From contig CAXXVZ010000005.1 in assembly GCA_963678065.2 (NCBI GenBank), forward strand, positions 224,001-288,000: a stretch of DNA of 64,000 nt, in the 5' to 3' direction. The notes beneath the pieces are model-generated. The model saw only the letters and a list, made by a program, of their open reading frames with translations, ran no database searches and was not told where the DNA came from. This stretch comes from Treponemataceae bacterium (GTDB lineage Bacteria > Spirochaetota > Spirochaetia > Treponematales > Rectinemataceae). Positions 59,760-64,000 of the stretch are shown here, in pieces. Numbering within the stretch: position 1 is the first letter of the stretch; each line of letters begins with the position of its first letter. Made by a program: the position numbers and the translations under genes.

Positions 59760-62700
59760 ATGACCAATCCTTTTGACAGCCCGAATCCATGGGAACAGCC
59801 TGGGCTCAGTTCGAAATCCCGATTGCCCATGCACGGGCCGGAATATCCCTTCCCCGAAGCGGCCGCGGCGCGGCTCGACGCGGCGGGCGGACCGAAAAGC
59901 CGCGATGCCGGCGGTCTGCCTGCGGGCAATCCCTGGGTCATGTGCCTCGACGGAAACTGGAACTTCCGGCTCGCGGACAATCCCGGAGCCCTTCCTCCCG
60001 GCGCGACAGATCCCGGCCTCGAGGATTCGGCCTGGAGTCTCATCCGGGTGCCGGGCTCCTGGAGCCTCCAGGGCTTCGACAGGCCGCATTACACCAACGT
60101 GGTCATGCCCTTCGGAAATGTCCCGCCCTCCTCTCCCGCGCACAATCCGACCGGGATCTACCGCCGCCGTTTCGACCTGCCCGAGGTATGGAAGGGACGA
60201 CGCGTCGTGCTCAAGGTCGGAAGCGCCGAGAGTTTTCTCGGTGTCTACCTCAACGGGCGGGAAATCGGTTTCTCCAAAGATTCCCGGCTCCCCGCGGAAT
60301 TCGATCTCACAGCCGCCATCTCGGAGAGTGAAAACCTCCTCGTCCTCGTCGTCGCGCGCTATTCCGATTCCTCTTTCGTCGAGGACCAGGACCAGTGGTG
60401 GCTCGGCGGCCTGCACCGGAGCGTCGCACTCTACAGCACGGACTCGGTCTGGATCGCCGATATCGACGCGCGCGCCGTTCCAGTCTCTCCGGGTGCGAAC
60501 TCCCTGGTCGACGCGGCTGGCCGCGCCGCCGCCGGCCATGTGCAGCTGCAGGTGAAACTGGGTTTCGCCTTCGACCCCGCCGCGGCCGATCTGCCCCCCG
60601 GCGCCGCGCCGACGGACTACGCGGGTCCCGCCACGGGATACGCGCGCCCGCGCGGCGACTATACCGTGAGGGCCTCTCTTTTCGATTCCGAAGACCTGTT
60701 CCAGGCCGCGCCCCTTTCGTCCGGGAACCTGCCGACGGATGCCCGGAATGTCGCAAAGGCCGTGGGGACGGCGACCATGTCCATCGGCCGCTACTACCGC
60801 GCGAGCCGCTGGGAAGGGAGCCTCTGTATCCCCGTGGACAGGCCCGCAGTCTGGAGCCACGAAAACCCGGCCCTCTACACTCTGGTCCTCAGTCTCGTCG
60901 ATCCCGAAGGCCGAACGATCGAGCACAGAGCCCTGCGCCTCGGTTTCCGCACGGTCGAGGTCGCGGACCGCGCCCTCCTCATCAACGGGAAGCGAGTCCT
61001 CATCAGAGGAGCCAACCGCCACGAGCACGATGAGAGGACCGGCAAGACCCTCTCCACAGCCGGCATGGTCAGGGACATCGAGCTCCTGAAGCGCCACAAC
61101 TTCAACGCGGTGCGCACGAGCCACTACCCGAACGACGAGCGCTGGTACGACCTGTGCGACGAGTACGGCATCTACCTCGTCGACGAGGCCAACATCGAGT
61201 CCCACGCCTACTACGACCATCTCTGCCGGGACCAGCGCTGGCTTTCCGCCTTCATGGAGCGAGGCTCCCGCATGGTCCTGCGGGACAGGAACCACCCCTC
61301 TGTCATCGCTTGGTCCCTCGGCAACGAGTCCGGCTGCGGTCCCAACCACGAGGCCCTCGCCGCCTGGATCAGGAGCGTCGACCCGACGCGTCCCATCCAC
61401 TACGAGGGGGCGGTGCGTCAGGAATGGGGCCAGGGTCCCTACGACCTCGAGTCCCTCAAGCGCGGCCGGGCGGCCACGGACATCGTCGCGCCTATGTATC
61501 CGCCCATCGACCTCATCGCGGAGTGGGACCGGACGACAGACGACGACAGGCCCCTCATCATGTGCGAGTACTCGCACGCCATGGGCAACTCCAACGGCAG
61601 CCTCGGCGACTACTGGGAGGCGATCGAGAAGAGCCGCGGCCTCCAGGGTGGCTTCATCTGGGAATGGGCCGACCACGGCATTCTCGTCGGCCCGGGCGGA
61701 GCCGACACGCCGAGCTGCTCCGTCCCTCCGGGCCGCGCCGCAAAAGCCTGGCGCTACGGCGGAGACTTCGGCGACACTCCCTCAGACCTCGACTTCGTCC
61801 TCGACGGCCTCGTTTTCCCGGACAGGTCGGTAAAACCGGCGATGGCCGAGTGCGCGAAGCTCTTCCAGCCCCTGCGATGCTCCAGCGCCGATCCGCGCTC
61901 CGGCATCGTCACCATCGAGAACAGGCGCGATTTCTCCGGGCTCGAGGACCTCGAACTCCGGTGGTCTGTCGTTTCATCCGACCCCGACTTCCCCGACCTC
62001 TCCACCCTCCCCTTCAGCCCTGCGACAGAAGAACGCGCAGATGCACGGAAGAGTCCCGCGCGGGCAGAGAATGGCTCCGTGTCCTCGGGAATCGCCTGTC
62101 TGCCGCGGATCGCGCCCGGCGAGAAGGCCGCGATCAGGATCGGACTGCCGGCCGACGAAGGTTTCAGGCTGATACTCTCGGCTTCGGAGTGCTTCCTCAC
62201 GCTCGAGTTCGCGCTCAAGGAGCCGAGTTCCTGGGCGCCCGCGGGCCACGTCGTCGCCTGGGAGCAGTTCAGGCTTTCGCCGCCAGCCCCGGTCCGCATT
62301 GTCTCCAACAGGGCCAGGACAGCGGCGGGCGAATCCGGAACCGCTCTGCCGGGCGCCTTCGCCCTCACGGCCTTCGAGCCTTGCCTCTTCCGGACGCCCA
62401 CCCAGAACGACGGGCTGCTCAATTTTGTCCCACTGAGGGGAATCCCGGACTTCTCTTTCTATTACACGAACAAGGCTATGTACGGCTGGCTCGATTCGGG
62501 ACTCGACGGAATCAAGGTCGAGGAGTCGGGGGAGGCGTCGGGAGGCTCACGCATCGTGAACGCGGAGGGCCGGAAGATCGGCCGATTCTCGTCATCCTCG
62601 CGGAGCCACGGAGGGCAAAGCTATCTCGCCTTCCGCTTCGACCTGGAGCCGGATCTGCCTGAACTCGCGCGCGTGGGTCTTGCATGCCGCATCGCCCCGG

Positions 62701-63143
62701 AATGGGACCGGGTCCGCTGGTTCGGCCTCGGCCCTCATGAAGCCTACAGCGACCGGAAAGCCGGAGTGCACGTCGGATGCTGGAGTTCCGACATCGCCTC
62801 ACTCACTGTCCCCTACATCATGCCCCAGGAAAACGGAAACAGGACCCAGACGCGCTGGCTCGAACTCTCCTCGTCGACGCGGCCGGAACTCGGCCCTGTC
62901 CTTCTGTCCGCGGACAGGCTCTTCGACTTCGGCATTTCGCCCTGGACGGACCGGGAGCTCCGCGCCGTCAGACATTTCGACCGGCTGGAGCCGGCGCACG
63001 AAGCGCTGAAGAGAGGGGCGATTCTCCACATCGACATCGCGCAGCGCGGGCTGGGAACGGCGAGCTGTGGGCCCGACACTCTGGAACGGTACCGGATCAG
63101 GCCCGGCATCCACTCCATCCTCCTGGAAATCGTCGCCGGCTGA
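59760..63143 (+). CDS. lacZ: GH2 beta-galactosidase
   Basis: PHYTN, EDQDQW, GANRHE, NAVRTSHYP, WSLGNESG, CEYSHAMGNS, GGFIWEW.DH, PQENGNR. Confidence 0.93.
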   Translation: MTNPFDSPNPWEQPGLSSKSRLPMHGPEYPFPEAAAARLDAAGGPKSRDAGGLPAGNPWVMCLDGNWNFRLADNPGALPPGATDPGLEDSAWSLIRVPGSWSLQGFDRPHYTNVVMPFGNVPPSSPAHNPTGIYRRRFDLPEVWKGRRVVLKVGSAESFLGVYLNGREIGFSKDSRLPAEFDLTAAISESENLLVLVVARYSDSSFVEDQDQWWLGGLHRSVALYSTDSVWIADIDARAVPVSPGANSLVDAAGRAAAGHVQLQVKLGFAFDPAAADLPPGAAPTDYAGPATGYARPRGDYTVRASLFDSEDLFQAAPLSSGNLPTDARNVAKAVGTATMSIGRYYRASRWEGSLCIPVDRPAVWSHENPALYTLVLSLVDPEGRTIEHRALRLGFRTVEVADRALLINGKRVLIRGANRHEHDERTGKTLSTAGMVRDIELLKRHNFNAVRTSHYPNDERWYDLCDEYGIYLVDEANIESHAYYDHLCRDQRWLSAFMERGSRMVLRDRNHPSVIAWSLGNESGCGPNHEALAAWIRSVDPTRPIHYEGAVRQEWGQGPYDLESLKRGRAATDIVAPMYPPIDLIAEWDRTTDDDRPLIMCEYSHAMGNSNGSLGDYWEAIEKSRGLQGGFIWEWADHGILVGPGGADTPSCSVPPGRAAKAWRYGGDFGDTPSDLDFVLDGLVFPDRSVKPAMAECAKLFQPLRCSSADPRSGIVTIENRRDFSGLEDLELRWSVVSSDPDFPDLSTLPFSPATEERADARKSPARAENGSVSSGIACLPRIAPGEKAAIRIGLPADEGFRLILSASECFLTLEFALKEPSSWAPAGHVVAWEQFRLSPPAPVRIVSNRARTAAGESGTALPGAFALTAFEPCLFRTPTQNDGLLNFVPLRGIPDFSFYYTNKAMYGWLDSGLDGIKVEESGEASGGSRIVNAEGRKIGRFSSSSRSHGGQSYLAFRFDLEPDLPELARVGLACRIAPEWDRVRWFGLGPHEAYSDRKAGVHVGCWSSDIASLTVPYIMPQENGNRTQTRWLELSSSTRPELGPVLLSADRLFDFGISPWTDRELRAVRHFDRLEPAHEALKRGAILHIDIAQRGLGTASCGPDTLERYRIRPGIHSILLEIVAG

Positions 63144-63149
63144 ACGCCT

Positions 63150-64000
63150 TTAGTGCCCGCTCATCGAACAGGATTTCACGACGCGGTTCCGTCCCTCGGC
63201 CTTCGCCTTGTAGAGGGCGACATCGGCCTCCCTGACCAGATCCTCGGGGGGGACATCGCCCGCTCCGCAGGTGATGCCGATGCTGACCGACACCGGAATC
63301 TCCCCGGCGCGGGTCTCGAAGGGCTTTGAGCAGATGGCGAGCCGGAGGCGCTCCCAGAATTTGTCGTCGGGATCGCAGTCCGAGACGATGACGAGGAACT
63401 CTTCTCCGCCGTAGCGCCCGACGGTGTCGTAGACTCTGAGGACTTCCTCGCAGCGCCGCGCGAAGATGACGAGGACCTCGTCGCCCACCGCGTGTCCGTA
63501 GGTGTCGTTGACGCGCTTGAACAGATCTATGTCCATCATGGCCACACCGACGTGGGAACCATCCCGGCAGGTTCTCGCCAACTCCTTGCGCAGGGTCCTG
63601 CCGAGCGATGCCCTGTTTGCGAGGCCCGTCAGCGGGTCCGTGCTCGCCTCGGTGGCGAGACGCTCCTGCAGCCCAAGAACCCGCTCGGCGACGCGTATCC
63701 GCGCGAGGAGTTCTCCGGGCTTGAAAGGCTTGGAGAGGTAATCATTGGCGCCTTTGTTGAGTCCCTCGATGAGGTGGCCTTCGTCGCCCAGCGAAGTGAG
63801 CATGATGATGTATGGCGGCTGGTCGGCCTCGATTTCGCGGATTTTCACGCAGACCTCGATGCCATCCAAGCCCGGCATGACCCAGTCCAGAATGGCGAGA
63901 CGGGGCGCGTCGGGTTTCCGCATGGCATCCCAGGCCTCGTTCCCGTCCCTCGTCGGGATGACCTCGAATCCGTTTTTCCTCAGGATGGAAACGAGGATGG
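63150..64000 (-). CDS. REC-GGDEF diguanylate cyclase (5' end outside the window)
   Basis: ILDWVMP, DYLSKPF, DPLTGL.NR, DID.FKRVND.YGH..GD, RYGGEEF. Confidence 0.93.
   Translation of the reverse strand, partial: ILVSILRKNGFEVIPTRDGNEAWDAMRKPDAPRLAILDWVMPGLDGIEVCVKIREIEADQPPYIIMLTSLGDEGHLIEGLNKGANDYLSKPFKPGELLARIRVAERVLGLQERLATEASTDPLTGLANRASLGRTLRKELARTCRDGSHVGVAMMDIDLFKRVNDTYGHAVGDEVLVIFARRCEEVLRVYDTVGRYGGEEFLVIVSDCDPDDKFWERLRLAICSKPFETRAGEIPVSVSIGITCGAGDVPPEDLVREADVALYKAKAEGRNRVVKSCSMSGH

Overview
High-GC bacterial chromosome segment, probably Spirochaetota. That assignment is an inference from the eukaryote/archaea-type ProRS, the gene set and the attC style. Left to right: (1) a partial aldo/keto reductase and a LssY-like gene; (2) an Fe3+/sugar-phosphate (AfuABC-like) ABC transporter followed by an OmpR/PhoB regulator, a PhoR-like kinase and a divergent RapZ; (3) an MFS gene; (4) a visibly AT-rich block at about 10.2-25.35 kb with about 17 unrelated, co-oriented genes separated by degenerate attC-like sites and no integrase, read here as a decaying integron cassette array (CALIN); it holds two copies of a small double-hairpin IS200/IS605-like element and an ISAzo13-family IS that splits a peptide deformylase gene; (5) an opp operon with an M24 peptidase; (6) a four-gene putative thiol-redox operon: small protein with a Cys-tipped arm, exported tandem CPNT thioredoxin-fold protein, TcyP and CoA-disulfide reductase; (7) ilvN-leuA-cimA-leuC-leuD-leuB-ilvB; (8) an oversized glmS broken by a 1-bp frameshift; (9) flavodoxin-like gene, type II PanK, galU, MFS, tRNA-Val(CAC), polyprenol-kinase-like gene, proS, an ECF sigma/anti-sigma/Spy-like module, a GcvR-like gene, a GH2 beta-galactosidase and a partial REC-GGDEF gene. 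The strongest leads are the attC array in which every site with a recognisable core has that core altered (often AAC/GTT to GAC/GTC) and the thiol-relay operon. All product calls come from motif recognition by eye; no database search was run.
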